Origin: Candidatus Roizmanbacteria bacterium
Lineage (GTDB): Bacteria > Patescibacteriota > Microgenomatia > UBA1406
Direction: 5' to 3'
DNA: 64,000 bases
Assembly (NCBI GenBank): GCA_024654535.1
Contig: JANLHL010000038.1
Location: forward strand, 41,581-105,580
Under the pieces are notes generated by a model. It was not told the DNA's origin and did not search any database. It saw nothing but the letters and a program-made list of their open reading frames with translations. Position 1 is the stretch's first letter. Each line of letters starts with the position of its first letter. The position numbers and the translations under genes were made by a program. This document shows positions 8,174-17,508 of this stretch, piece by piece.

Positions 8174-8950
8174 ATGAAAGAAACAAGGCTTCTGTGGGAT
8201 ATGCCAATCACTATTGAAATAGTAGACGAATCGGTAGATAAGAAGGCGTTCCAATCTGTGTTTGATTACTTTAAACATGTCGACACTTTGTTTAATACAT
8301 TCAATGCGTCAAGCGAAATTAGCAGAATTAATAGAGGTGAGATTCAAGAAGAAAAATGGAGCCAAGAGGTGAAAGAAGTCATAAAGCTTTGTGAACAAAC
8401 AAAACAGAATACTCGCGGATATTTCAATCATAGGAAGGGCACGTATATTGACCCTTTAGGTATTGTGAAGGGATGGGCCATGCAGCAAGCTGCTGATTCA
8501 TTAATAAAAAAGGGGTACAAGAATTTCTATATTGATGCGGGTGGCGATATCCAAACACAAGGGCGTACTGATTCTGGCGATTTGTGGTCAGTAGGTATAA
8601 GAAATCCATTCAACTGTGCTGAAAATGTGAAAATTCTTTCACTGACCGACTGTGGTATAGCCACGTCTGGTACGTATATTCGAGGAAACCACATATATAA
8701 CCCTTTGGACGACAGTACAATATTTGACATAGTAAGCCTCACTGTTATAGGTCCAAACGTGTATGAGGCAGATCGGTACGCAACCGCAGCATTTGCAATG
8801 GGGAAGAGGGGTATCTATTTTATTGAACAGTTAAGTGAATTTGAAGCATATGTAGTTGATAGTAAAAAGAATGCCACATATACAAGTGGATTTGAACAGT
8901 ACGTAAAAAAAACGAGCCACGCATCGTCTCGTATCAACCAAACAATATGA
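8174..8950 (+). CDS. apbE: FAD:protein FMN transferase (ApbE family), with no signal peptide
   Basis: MPITIEIVD, ISRINRGE, IDPLGIVKGWA, YIDAGGDI and GIATSGTYIRGNHIYNP motifs. The N-terminus is not hydrophobic. Confidence 0.85.
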   Translation: MKETRLLWDMPITIEIVDESVDKKAFQSVFDYFKHVDTLFNTFNASSEISRINRGEIQEEKWSQEVKEVIKLCEQTKQNTRGYFNHRKGTYIDPLGIVKGWAMQQAADSLIKKGYKNFYIDAGGDIQTQGRTDSGDLWSVGIRNPFNCAENVKILSLTDCGIATSGTYIRGNHIYNPLDDSTIFDIVSLTVIGPNVYEADRYATAAFAMGKRGIYFIEQLSEFEAYVVDSKKNATYTSGFEQYVKKTSHASSRINQTI

Positions 8951-9420
8951 AACAATTTATATTATCTACCTTTGTTATTTTATCGTTCTTTACTTTCTCT
9001 CTCTATTATCGGCTGAATGGGAATGCGCCCGTAGTAAGTACCGCTTCAAAACAGCAAGCATTTACTATACAGCCAAGTCCGATAGCTGGTAATAGGCGTG
9101 GAATGTCAGCAAAACCAATGATGATGCAAGGCTCAATATATGCAGACGGGTCCTATACTGGTGACGTTGCGGATGCATTTTACGGCAATATACAAGTTCA
9201 GGCAGTCATACAAAATGGAAAAATTGCCGATATTCAATTTTTGCAGTACCCATCTGACAGGTCACAGTCGAGGCAAATAAGTCAATATGCTATGCCACTG
9301 TTAAAATCAGAAGCGCTCCAGGCGCAAAGTGCACAAGTAAATATAGTTTCGGGTGCAACATATACAAGTCAAGCATTTGTGCAATCGTTAGCATCTGCGC
9401 TCACAAAGGCGAAAGGTTAA
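8947..9420 (+). CDS. Membrane-anchored FMN-binding domain protein, a predicted flavinylation substrate
   Basis: N-terminal TM anchor. FMN_bind-like core ending in NIVSGATYTSQAF (SGAT at nt 9349-9360). 4-nt overlap with apbE. Confidence 0.8.
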   Translation: MKQFILSTFVILSFFTFSLYYRLNGNAPVVSTASKQQAFTIQPSPIAGNRRGMSAKPMMMQGSIYADGSYTGDVADAFYGNIQVQAVIQNGKIADIQFLQYPSDRSQSRQISQYAMPLLKSEALQAQSAQVNIVSGATYTSQAFVQSLASALTKAKG

Positions 9421-9422
9421 CT

Positions 9423-10940
9423 ATGGATATAATAGATAATTTTTTAAACTCGATCACTATGTACCGTTTAGTGTTGTATTACTTGATTGGTCTCGTGATG
9501 ACAGCAGTTGTCTTAAGTTTTTTACACATCCTTTCGTTTAATCCATTTTTACTCATGGGATCAACTTTATTTTTAATTGCTGCTAGTTATGTAACAAATA
9601 CCATTTTTTCTCTCGTTTTTGAGGCTCCAGTCAATGTAGAGTCAGTGTACATATCTGCACTTATTCTTGCACTTATTGTGAATCCTGCATCTTCTTTACA
9701 AAGTTTGTGGTTTCTCTTTTGGGCGGCTACATTGACGATGGCAACAAAATATATTTTTGCACTTAAAAAAAAACATATTTTTAACCCTGTTGCGATAGCG
9801 CTCGTATTAACGGCAATAGGTTTTAATGGATCGGCAAGTTGGTGGGTGGGGACAGCATCTCTGACACCATTCGTACTCATTGGCGGTATGCTTATTGTAC
9901 GGAAGATTAAAAGAGAGGATCTAGTTATAACTTTTTTTACAATAGCATTTCTTACGATTGCGATATTTACTACTATTGCTGGTGGTAACGCGGTCAATAT
10001 TCTTTTTCGACTCATTTTAAATTCGTCCTTATTATTTTTAGGATTTGTGATGCTTACTGAACCGCTAACGACGCCACCGACATGGGAACTACAAGTATTG
10101 TACGGTGCTATAGTAGGTTTTTTGTTTGCTCCACAAATTCATATACTTGGCATTTATAGCACCCCTGAACTTGCACTGTGTGTTGGCAACATATTTGTGT
10201 ATCTAGTAAGTCCAAAATATAAATTATTTTTAAGACTGAAGGAAAAAATTCGTTACGGTACAGATGTACTTGATTTTATTTTCCCCTTAGAAAAAAAACT
10301 CAATTATATTCCAGGACAATATATGGAGTGGACACTCGATCATCACAATCCAGATAGTAGAGGGAATAGAAGATACTTAACTATTGCCTCTTCACCCACA
10401 GAAGATACCCTTCACCTAGGTGTGAAGTTTTATCCCAACGGTAGTAGTTTTAAGAAATCATTGGCAACACTTGATGTAAAAAATCCCATTGTGGGTGGTC
10501 AACTTGCAGGTGATTTTTGTTTGCCGAAGAATAAACGTGAAAAATGTGTCTTTATAGCAGGTGGTATAGGTATTACTCCGTTTCGCAGCATGATCAAATA
10601 CCTTGTAGATAGGAAGGAACCTCGTGACATTATACTTTTTTATGTCAATAAACATGCCGACGAAATCGCATATACCGATATTTTTGAACAGGCGAGAGCA
10701 GAATTAGGAATCAGAACGGTCTATACACTCACCGATCAGAGTGCAATACCTCAGGGTTGGACTGGTCGCATGGGTAGGTTGAGCGAGCGAATGATTCAGC
10801 AGGAAGTTGCAGATTATAGAGACAGGATTTATTATTTATCCGGACCGTTCGGTATGGTAACGGGAGATAAGAAAATTCTACGTGAAATGGGTGTACCCGA
10901 TAGTCATATAAAAACAGACTATTTCCCAGGATTTGCATAA
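9423..10940 (+). CDS. Fusion protein: RnfD/NqrB-like polytopic membrane domain plus FNR-type FAD/NAD(P)H oxidoreductase domain
   Basis: About 10 TM segments with HIFNP and MLTEPLTTP. C-terminal RRYLTIASSP (RxYS FAD motif) and GGIGITPFRSM (NAD(P)H-binding motif). Confidence 0.7.
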   Translation: MDIIDNFLNSITMYRLVLYYLIGLVMTAVVLSFLHILSFNPFLLMGSTLFLIAASYVTNTIFSLVFEAPVNVESVYISALILALIVNPASSLQSLWFLFWAATLTMATKYIFALKKKHIFNPVAIALVLTAIGFNGSASWWVGTASLTPFVLIGGMLIVRKIKREDLVITFFTIAFLTIAIFTTIAGGNAVNILFRLILNSSLLFLGFVMLTEPLTTPPTWELQVLYGAIVGFLFAPQIHILGIYSTPELALCVGNIFVYLVSPKYKLFLRLKEKIRYGTDVLDFIFPLEKKLNYIPGQYMEWTLDHHNPDSRGNRRYLTIASSPTEDTLHLGVKFYPNGSSFKKSLATLDVKNPIVGGQLAGDFCLPKNKREKCVFIAGGIGITPFRSMIKYLVDRKEPRDIILFYVNKHADEIAYTDIFEQARAELGIRTVYTLTDQSAIPQGWTGRMGRLSERMIQQEVADYRDRIYYLSGPFGMVTGDKKILREMGVPDSHIKTDYFPGFA

Positions 10941-10985
10941 AGGCTGGTCAGATTAAGTACTATTTGGTAAGAAAGCGTAGGAATA

Positions 10986-11447
10986 GTGATGTGTTATAAT
11001 TTTGAACAACTTATGGAAAAAACATACGTTCCCACTACACACAAATTTGTCGCAGTGCTCAACAAGAAGATTCCGGTGAATATACTTATGAATGCACTTG
11101 CGCATATGTCTGCAGGGCTCGTTGGATCATACCCCGAGATTACGAAAATGCGGTTTGATACGTATACCGATAAAGATGGCAACGCTCATAAAAGTATATC
11201 TGACAACCCATATATTATATTGCGTGCCGACAATTCAAATAAAATTAGAACACTGCGGTACGAGCTTGTAACGCAAAATATACATTTTGTGGATTTTATT
11301 AGCACTATGACGGTCGGTACGTACGCAGAACAACAGCATCGGACACAGGAAACATCAGAGGCAGAGCTTGAATATTATGGCATTTGTTTATTTGGAGAAA
11401 TAAATACATTGAACACTCTCACACGTAAGTTTTCTCTGTGGCAGTAA
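10986..11447 (+). CDS. DUF2000-like protein (tentative)
   Basis: KFVAVLNKKIPVNILMNALAHMSAGL resembles the DUF2000 N-terminus. The start may be the ATG at 10989. Confidence 0.45.
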   Translation: MMCYNFEQLMEKTYVPTTHKFVAVLNKKIPVNILMNALAHMSAGLVGSYPEITKMRFDTYTDKDGNAHKSISDNPYIILRADNSNKIRTLRYELVTQNIHFVDFISTMTVGTYAEQQHRTQETSEAELEYYGICLFGEINTLNTLTRKFSLWQ

Positions 11448-11502
11448 ATCATTCTTTTTCAACAGTCTTTATTATACCCATGGCCTATAGTATAATAGCA
11501 TT

Positions 11503-11916
11503 ATGAAAATGCCTGATGTGGTTCAACAAGCTTGGCAGGTGTTTGATGGTAACGAAAAATTTGCATTGGTAGTTATTGCTGCGTTAAACGTTGCCGGGCG
11601 TTATGCACAGGATGTTTTGGATAGAGCTGCTTCAACCCCTTTACCGTTACAGGGTCACTTGTCAGATACAGCTCTTGCAGGTCAAGTATATATGTTAACT
11701 GAAGTTGCTGGTATAAAGAGCCTCGCTATTCGTACTGCTGTAACATTGGGACTTGCATACGGTGCAGAGATAGGACAAGGACTTCACTTGGTGGATGGCG
11801 GTTATAACTCAGGTGATTTTGTGGCGTATACCATTGGAGTACTGGGTCTTATGGGTATTGAACAAGGAGTGAAAAAGATTCATCGATTACGGAACAAGTC
11901 GTCAATCTCCACATGA
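11503..11916 (+). CDS. Hypothetical protein
   Basis: 137-aa ORF with a TATAAT box 6 nt upstream of the ATG. No recognisable motif. Confidence 0.5.
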   Translation: MKMPDVVQQAWQVFDGNEKFALVVIAALNVAGRYAQDVLDRAASTPLPLQGHLSDTALAGQVYMLTEVAGIKSLAIRTAVTLGLAYGAEIGQGLHLVDGGYNSGDFVAYTIGVLGLMGIEQGVKKIHRLRNKSSIST

Positions 11917-11949
11917 CTCCCTGTTTAGATAGTTGCTATAATTAAAAGT

Positions 11950-12426
11950 ATGATCACAGCGTTACTCAGTGACTTTTCCAAAGTGCTTTTGTTTGTGAAA
12001 GACAAAACGTATGGTGGAAAATTGAATGCACTCAATAGGCAGCTTATTCAAGAAAAAGGCGATTATCCTTTCTTTAATTATTTTGAGCTAAATACAGAAC
12101 TTCTCGATTTTTATGCGTTACTCAAAAAAAAGTATTCCATTTCGCTCAACATATTTACCACAGGCACTGTTCAAGAAAGGCCGGAGTTACAGCCATACCT
12201 ATATCCGTTATTTGAAAATGTATTCTCAGCTAATAATCTGGAAATAGGTAAAGAAAATTCCCAATCGTACGTCGTATTAGCTAAAAGAGTAAATGCAAAA
12301 CCACAGACTACGATTTATATAGACGATAAACAGTCAAATCTGGATGCGGCTCAAAGAGCCGGCATGAATACGGTGTTATATGTAGATGCAGAAACAGCCC
12401 GAAAACAAATACTAAGATTTTTTTGA
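11950..12426 (+). CDS. HAD superfamily hydrolase
   Basis: C-terminal HAD motif IYIDDKQSNLDAAQRAGMNTVLY. TATAAT lies 7 nt upstream of the ATG. Confidence 0.7.
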   Translation: MITALLSDFSKVLLFVKDKTYGGKLNALNRQLIQEKGDYPFFNYFELNTELLDFYALLKKKYSISLNIFTTGTVQERPELQPYLYPLFENVFSANNLEIGKENSQSYVVLAKRVNAKPQTTIYIDDKQSNLDAAQRAGMNTVLYVDAETARKQILRFF

Positions 12427-12439
12427 TATAGTTACCTAG

Positions 12440-13975
12440 ATGTTGTTACGAAAATTAGCATACAGTGTTGTATTCACATTAATTGTTATCAACCTTATAT
12501 TAGGCGCCTGGTTTGTTTTACATGGAGATATCACGTATGGGTATGGCGGAGATATCGCGCGAGACATGTACTTATTACAACTAGGTGTTATAAAGAAATT
12601 TGTACTTATAGGAGCCTATTCAGGAGGCATTCCAGGAGTGTATCACGGACCCGCATGGATGTATTTAAATTTACCCGCTTTCGTGATTGCTGGTGGCAAT
12701 CCGGTAGGTGTTGGTTGGTACTGGGTTTTGCTATCAATTCTCATGCTTCTTATAATTTTTTTTATAAGTAAAAAATTATTTTCTTCTAAAGTTGGATTGC
12801 TTTCGGCTCTAATGTTTTCGGTTTTCATGATTGGACAAACTAAAGAGTTAACCAACCCATTTGGTGCTGTGCTTGTTTTTCCTATTTTTTTCTACGGTAT
12901 ATATCAATATTTAGACAAGTCATTAGCAAAGTATCTTGTTTTGAGTTTATTCTTGAATGGTCTAATGGTTCAATTTGAAGCAGCATTTGGTGTACCTATT
13001 CTTATTTTAACAACAGTTTTAGTACTTTGGCATATTGCAAAAAAGCGTACATGGAACCACTTGCTGTCTTTTCTTATCTTGGCGATACCATTCTCAACCT
13101 ATGCAGCCTTTGAGTTGAGACATGGCTTTTTGCAGTCAAAAGCATTATATAACTATATGACTGGAGTAGTTAATTTTGCGAAACAGCCATTTAAAGTAAT
13201 AATTATTTCCAGAATCCGTGGCCTTTTTGTGGATGGTTTCTATATATTTAAATATGTTCCGATCTATTTTAGTATTTTTGCCTCTTCTATTTTTGCCTAT
13301 GTTATATACCAAACAAGAAAGAGTATGTTTAATATAAAAGCATATCTACTTTTTTCATATTTTTATTGTGGCTATTGGGCACTGATGCTCGCTTTGTACA
13401 AAGGCATCGTATTCGATTACTATTACTGGCCGTTTTTTCCACTAGTTCTCATACTTTTATCATCTATTTTTTTTACGAGTAAACAGTATAGATATATACT
13501 GCTATTTTTATTTATTCCAATATACATTTTTACTGTTGACGTAGGATACAAAGCAACAGTAAAAATGGCACCGAACTATATAGGCAAAGACAGTGGCTCT
13601 TGGTTATTCAATAAAAGAGTAGCGGAGGATGTTTTCAAGATGAGTGGAGATGATTTTGGATATTACATATATACACCAGATTTATATGCAACTGGTACAA
13701 AATATGCATTTTATTATGTTCAAAAGAAGAATGTGAATAAGAAAGGCTATCTAAACAAAAAAAAGGAAATAACATATCTTATATTTACCCCACTTTTCAA
13801 AGACTTGCCATTTCATAACGGTATATGGTGGAAGGAGGCACAAGTTCGTATATCAAAAAAACCGAATTTTGTACATCGTTACCCAAATGGATTTAGATTC
13901 GAACGATATTCATTAACCGATCAAGAAATTGCGGTTCCGTCAGACGAGCTTGTTTTAAATACATTTTCGCTTTAG
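12440..13975 (+). CDS. GT-C fold (ArnT/PMT-like) polytopic membrane glycosyltransferase-like protein
   Basis: 511 aa, more than 10 TM segments, soluble C-terminal part. Overall architecture resembles 58188-59828. Confidence 0.5.
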   Translation: MLLRKLAYSVVFTLIVINLILGAWFVLHGDITYGYGGDIARDMYLLQLGVIKKFVLIGAYSGGIPGVYHGPAWMYLNLPAFVIAGGNPVGVGWYWVLLSILMLLIIFFISKKLFSSKVGLLSALMFSVFMIGQTKELTNPFGAVLVFPIFFYGIYQYLDKSLAKYLVLSLFLNGLMVQFEAAFGVPILILTTVLVLWHIAKKRTWNHLLSFLILAIPFSTYAAFELRHGFLQSKALYNYMTGVVNFAKQPFKVIIISRIRGLFVDGFYIFKYVPIYFSIFASSIFAYVIYQTRKSMFNIKAYLLFSYFYCGYWALMLALYKGIVFDYYYWPFFPLVLILLSSIFFTSKQYRYILLFLFIPIYIFTVDVGYKATVKMAPNYIGKDSGSWLFNKRVAEDVFKMSGDDFGYYIYTPDLYATGTKYAFYYVQKKNVNKKGYLNKKKEITYLIFTPLFKDLPFHNGIWWKEAQVRISKKPNFVHRYPNGFRFERYSLTDQEIAVPSDELVLNTFSL

Positions 13976-14883
13976 GCTGAAAGAGTACTAAGCCTTTTAT
14001 AGTTTTCAATCATTTTTTCTTGCTGCGGCTCTGGTATATAGAGGATGTTTTTATATGGAGCAAATACTTTCATGAGGATCTCAAATTGCGTTTTGTTGGG
14101 AAAAACATTTTCAGCAAAATCTTTATCTAAGATACCATGATGTGAGTCGGTACCATTGAGTGGTTCAATTGTCGTATTTACATGAAATAATTTTGTGTAC
14201 GGCGCGAGCATTTTTGCATCGGTCAAAACATGAGTAAAAAGATCATCTCTTTCCATATGTGGATACTGACCGGTAACGTGGCCTATGTCAAAACATAAAG
14301 AAAAACCTTTTTCTCCTAGTATAGCGAGTACTTTATTTGATATGCCCTTAGAGTGAACAGGGGTGAGTCGCCCAATTTCTTTTTCTTTTTCACGAAAGTT
14401 TGATGGTACGTAAGAGGGGACAGTTTCAAGGTATATTTCTACGTTTTTTGTTTGTGCGTATTGTTTCAATAAAGTACCGTATTTGAGCAACGATTCGTAA
14501 CTTTCTTTCTCATTTACTTCTTGATTTGGTACAAGTGAAATTTCGCACGCATCAAGGTTTAGGTTTACCAAGCGTTGAGATTCGGGGTGGAAATTTACAT
14601 AAAACGCGCCTGCTTTATAAGCTTCATCTACCGTTTCGTGTAAAAGTGTATACGTTTTTTCTGCGATATTGAGAGAAGGGAATGCAAGATTTGGAAAATA
14701 GGTATTATCTACCATTCCCCAGAAGTGGAATCCAAAACGAATTTCTTTTTTGCGCATATAGTTAAAAAGATCTTGATAGCGGTCTTTCCAATCTATTCGA
14801 AACCAGACTTCACAAAAACGAGCTTTTGATTTTTCAAGTATGGCAATACCGTCTGTGGGGCCTACTTTTATACCAACGTTCAT
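13972..14883 (-). CDS. Sugar phosphate isomerase/epimerase (xylose isomerase-like TIM barrel)
   Basis: MNVGIKVG...FCEVWF...FGFHFWG...YVNFHPE...YLETVP...FDIGH pattern. Start set at 14883 (TGcTATACT lies 7 nt upstream) because the longer ORF runs antisense through two tRNA genes. Confidence 0.7.
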   Translation of the reverse strand: MNVGIKVGPTDGIAILEKSKARFCEVWFRIDWKDRYQDLFNYMRKKEIRFGFHFWGMVDNTYFPNLAFPSLNIAEKTYTLLHETVDEAYKAGAFYVNFHPESQRLVNLNLDACEISLVPNQEVNEKESYESLLKYGTLLKQYAQTKNVEIYLETVPSYVPSNFREKEKEIGRLTPVHSKGISNKVLAILGEKGFSLCFDIGHVTGQYPHMERDDLFTHVLTDAKMLAPYTKLFHVNTTIEPLNGTDSHHGILDKDFAENVFPNKTQFEILMKVFAPYKNILYIPEPQQEKMIENYKRLSTLSA

Positions 14884-14945
14884 GAGGCTCAGTATAGCAT
14901 ACGTGTTGGTACTTAGGTCGTTTGTGCGGTACAATATGAACTGTC

Positions 14946-15017
14946 GGCGCAGTGGCGAAGTGGTAACGCGGCGGTCTGCAAAACCGCTATGCAGGGGTTC
15001 AATTCCCCTCTGCGCCT
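14946..15017 (+). tRNA. tRNA-Cys (GCA)
   Basis: Hand-folded. Acceptor GGCGCAG/CTGCGCC, anticodon stem GCGGT/ACCGC with loop CTGCAAA, T-arm AGGGGTTCAATTCCCCT, discriminator T. Confidence 0.9.
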
Positions 15018-15099
15018 CATGGTTAGCTATCGGCTTTTTGCTTTTAGCCGTTAGATGGTCTATCTGATAGCCAAAAGCTAACTGCTTACAGCTACTTTT

Positions 15100-15183
15100 G
15101 GAGGGTTGGCCGAGCGGTTTATGGCGCGAGTCTTGAAAACTCGTGGGAGCAATCCCGCACAGGTTCGAATCCTGTACCCTCCG
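15100..15183 (+). tRNA. tRNA-Ser (TGA), long variable arm
   Basis: Acceptor GGAGGGT/ACCCTCC, anticodon loop CTTGAAA, T-arm ACAGGTTCGAATCCTGT, discriminator G. Confidence 0.9.
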
Positions 15184-15233
15184 CACGATACTCTGCATTG
15201 ACTGCGCAGCGTAAATTGCATACACTTATGGCA

Positions 15234-15791
15234 ATGAAAGGCATTTTTTTTATGCTTGCTGCGTTATTTGTATTGGTAGCCACTTTTACTATTGTACGAA
15301 GCGTACAAGCTCAATCTATTGCATCGTGTGATCAGTGTGGTACGTGCCAGGGGGCTACCAAACTTCCAGGCAATTATACACAGTGTATGCAATGTCTATA
15401 TCCAAACGCGCCTCAAATAACATACCCTATGTATGATCCGGCGAATATGACCGCTCCGACTATACAAGCGAGGTTTCCTGCCAATTCAAGTCTTCGAGTA
15501 ACTCCTCTTGTGAGTAGACGTTATACCGCGGTAGGTTGTATAGAAACAACAGCGGGTGGATTTACCAATGCTTTTATGGGTTTGTTAAATGCACTCATTA
15601 CTGGTCTGGGGTTCTTAGGATTGGTCTATGGAGGTGTGCAAGTAATGCTTGCGCGAGGAGATAAAGACAAGCTGCAAGAGGGCAGAAATTATGTATATGC
15701 AGCTATCGCAACAGTACTCATAGTGAATTTAGCGGTCTACATTGTAAAGATAGTGGGTAAGAATATATTACAAATTCCGTACTTTGGGTGA
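15234..15791 (+). CDS. Secreted Cys-rich protein with a C-terminal TrbC/VirB2-like (T4SS-pilin-like) two-TM module
   Basis: Signal peptide MKGIFFMLAALFVLVATFTIVRSVQA. CDQCGTC...CMQC cluster. C-terminal GCIETT...two TM...ILQIPYFG. Promoter TTGACT-17-TACACT lies 7 nt before this ATG. Confidence 0.6.
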   Translation: MKGIFFMLAALFVLVATFTIVRSVQAQSIASCDQCGTCQGATKLPGNYTQCMQCLYPNAPQITYPMYDPANMTAPTIQARFPANSSLRVTPLVSRRYTAVGCIETTAGGFTNAFMGLLNALITGLGFLGLVYGGVQVMLARGDKDKLQEGRNYVYAAIATVLIVNLAVYIVKIVGKNILQIPYFG

Positions 15792-17497
15792 GACATTTAC
15801 CAATCTATAGAAAGCTGTTTATAAAGCTAGCAATAGCGGCTGTTATGATGTTCTCTTTGTTGCAGCCTATGAGCGTATTTGCGCTTGGAGTGCAGCCAAA
15901 TGATCTTACACAAAATGAAGTAGATTTTTGTAACAATGCCATTGAAGACGTTTCACTTACGTTTGGAAGAGGAGATATAAGAGAATTAAGCCTGAGCACT
16001 CAGCTCTATAGGGAAACTCTTTCAAGGGAAGTTTACTATCTAGATTCTACAGGTAATAGAGTAAATTTGCCGTTAGACCGACTCAGGTATGCATCAGGAA
16101 TTGGAGATTTTAATTCATTTAGAATTAAATTTAAACAGGGATATCTTCAAAATTTATTTGAGCCGGGAATAACGAACGCCAAATTGCTTGTAGATTTTCC
16201 AGGGCGAAATATTATTACCGGAATTGGTGGCCTTAGGTTTCCTGATAGTCAGGAATTTCTACAGGTTACAAGCGATTCAAGTAAACTGTTTGAATCTGGA
16301 AATTCTGTGTATGATTTTACCGATCTTAGGGCGCTTTTTAACAACAACCCAGTAAAGATGCTTGATGTTGGTGGAGAGATACAAGGCGGTTGGAGGAATG
16401 ATTTCTACCAAATATTTTTAAGCTATGATTACTCGCAAAGTCGTCATGAGTTGAGCTGTCCAATACGGTTTGCAGTCGCTGTACCACCACCAGAACAATA
16501 TTGTAGCGTTACTCTCACAAAGAACACCGGTGAGACAGTAGCATCATTACAGCAAGCTTCAGGAGCACAAGAATATGTATTTCCCGTAAATGATACAAAT
16601 GTTTATACACTTACTTTTTCTGATATAGACATTAACAGCCTAACATCTCAAGGAGGAAATACACTATTTCTCAATATAGGGTCTCAGAATTTAATGAGGA
16701 TGTCGTGCGGTATAACAAATCATATAAAACCAGAATGTAGAACATTCACCTTTTTGTTTGGTCCAGGCCACCATCAGTTTATTCCAACAAACGAAGGCAA
16801 GGAATATCTTTTGACGTTTACTGATACAGCAGGATTACCAAAATGTAGGGATGTACGTATAATTGCTGGGCATGATGATATTGAATCACAGCACCAATCT
16901 ACTCCAACAGGTGAGCCAAGTCGTGATTTGTCAGAGGACGATTTGAATCTGTATAATAACTTAGCAAAGAAGCAAACACAAGCTACGGTAGCAAATACTG
17001 TAGATCTGTGTGAAACGGTGTCACCCAACGCAGACTGTGGAGGTGGCAGAGGTTCCTGCGTACAGAAATGTCTTTCGTGCACGATAAGTATTACTACTGC
17101 AGAACAAAACGAACTCAATCAGCTCATAACCCAAGCTGACGAGAGTGGGAATTTGAGCGATACACAGTTGTCCCGTATGCAGGTGTTACAAGACAAATCA
17201 AATGGTCTATCGAGTACACATATTTGGACAGGTTTGGGGTGTATTCCGACCGATATTTCTGGTTTAATAAATAGTGTTTTTACAACGCTCGTTGGGGTTT
17301 TGGGCGGGTTTATACTACTCTGCATCATTTTCGAAGGTATGCGAATTATGACATCGGCAGGTAATCCCGAAGCGCTCAAAAAAGCACAAGAGGGTATTAC
17401 CTCATGTATTATCGGCTTTATAGTAGTGTTTTTCTCCGTGCTTATACTGCGTATCATTGGCGTTGATATATTACAGTTACCGTGGTTTGGTAAGTAA
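15788..17497 (+). CDS. Large secreted protein carrying the same C-terminal pilin-like two-TM module as the preceding gene
   Basis: GTGA start/stop overlap with the preceding gene. Signal peptide. About 440-aa N-terminal region with no motif I recognise. CGGGRGSCVQKCLSC cluster, then GCIPTD...AGNPEALKKAQEG...ILQLPWFGK. Confidence 0.6.
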   Translation: MRHLPIYRKLFIKLAIAAVMMFSLLQPMSVFALGVQPNDLTQNEVDFCNNAIEDVSLTFGRGDIRELSLSTQLYRETLSREVYYLDSTGNRVNLPLDRLRYASGIGDFNSFRIKFKQGYLQNLFEPGITNAKLLVDFPGRNIITGIGGLRFPDSQEFLQVTSDSSKLFESGNSVYDFTDLRALFNNNPVKMLDVGGEIQGGWRNDFYQIFLSYDYSQSRHELSCPIRFAVAVPPPEQYCSVTLTKNTGETVASLQQASGAQEYVFPVNDTNVYTLTFSDIDINSLTSQGGNTLFLNIGSQNLMRMSCGITNHIKPECRTFTFLFGPGHHQFIPTNEGKEYLLTFTDTAGLPKCRDVRIIAGHDDIESQHQSTPTGEPSRDLSEDDLNLYNNLAKKQTQATVANTVDLCETVSPNADCGGGRGSCVQKCLSCTISITTAEQNELNQLITQADESGNLSDTQLSRMQVLQDKSNGLSSTHIWTGLGCIPTDISGLINSVFTTLVGVLGGFILLCIIFEGMRIMTSAGNPEALKKAQEGITSCIIGFIVVFFSVLILRIIGVDILQLPWFGK

Positions 17498-17508
17498 TTA
17501 TACTTAGA

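Noticed and set aside
13972-15225. 417-aa ORF in the six-frame track
   Set aside because: Its N-terminal ~114 codons run antisense through tRNA-Ser(TGA), the spacer and tRNA-Cys. The TIM-barrel homology starts at MNVGIKVG, which has a TGcTATACT box 7 nt upstream, so the gene is called as 13972-14883.
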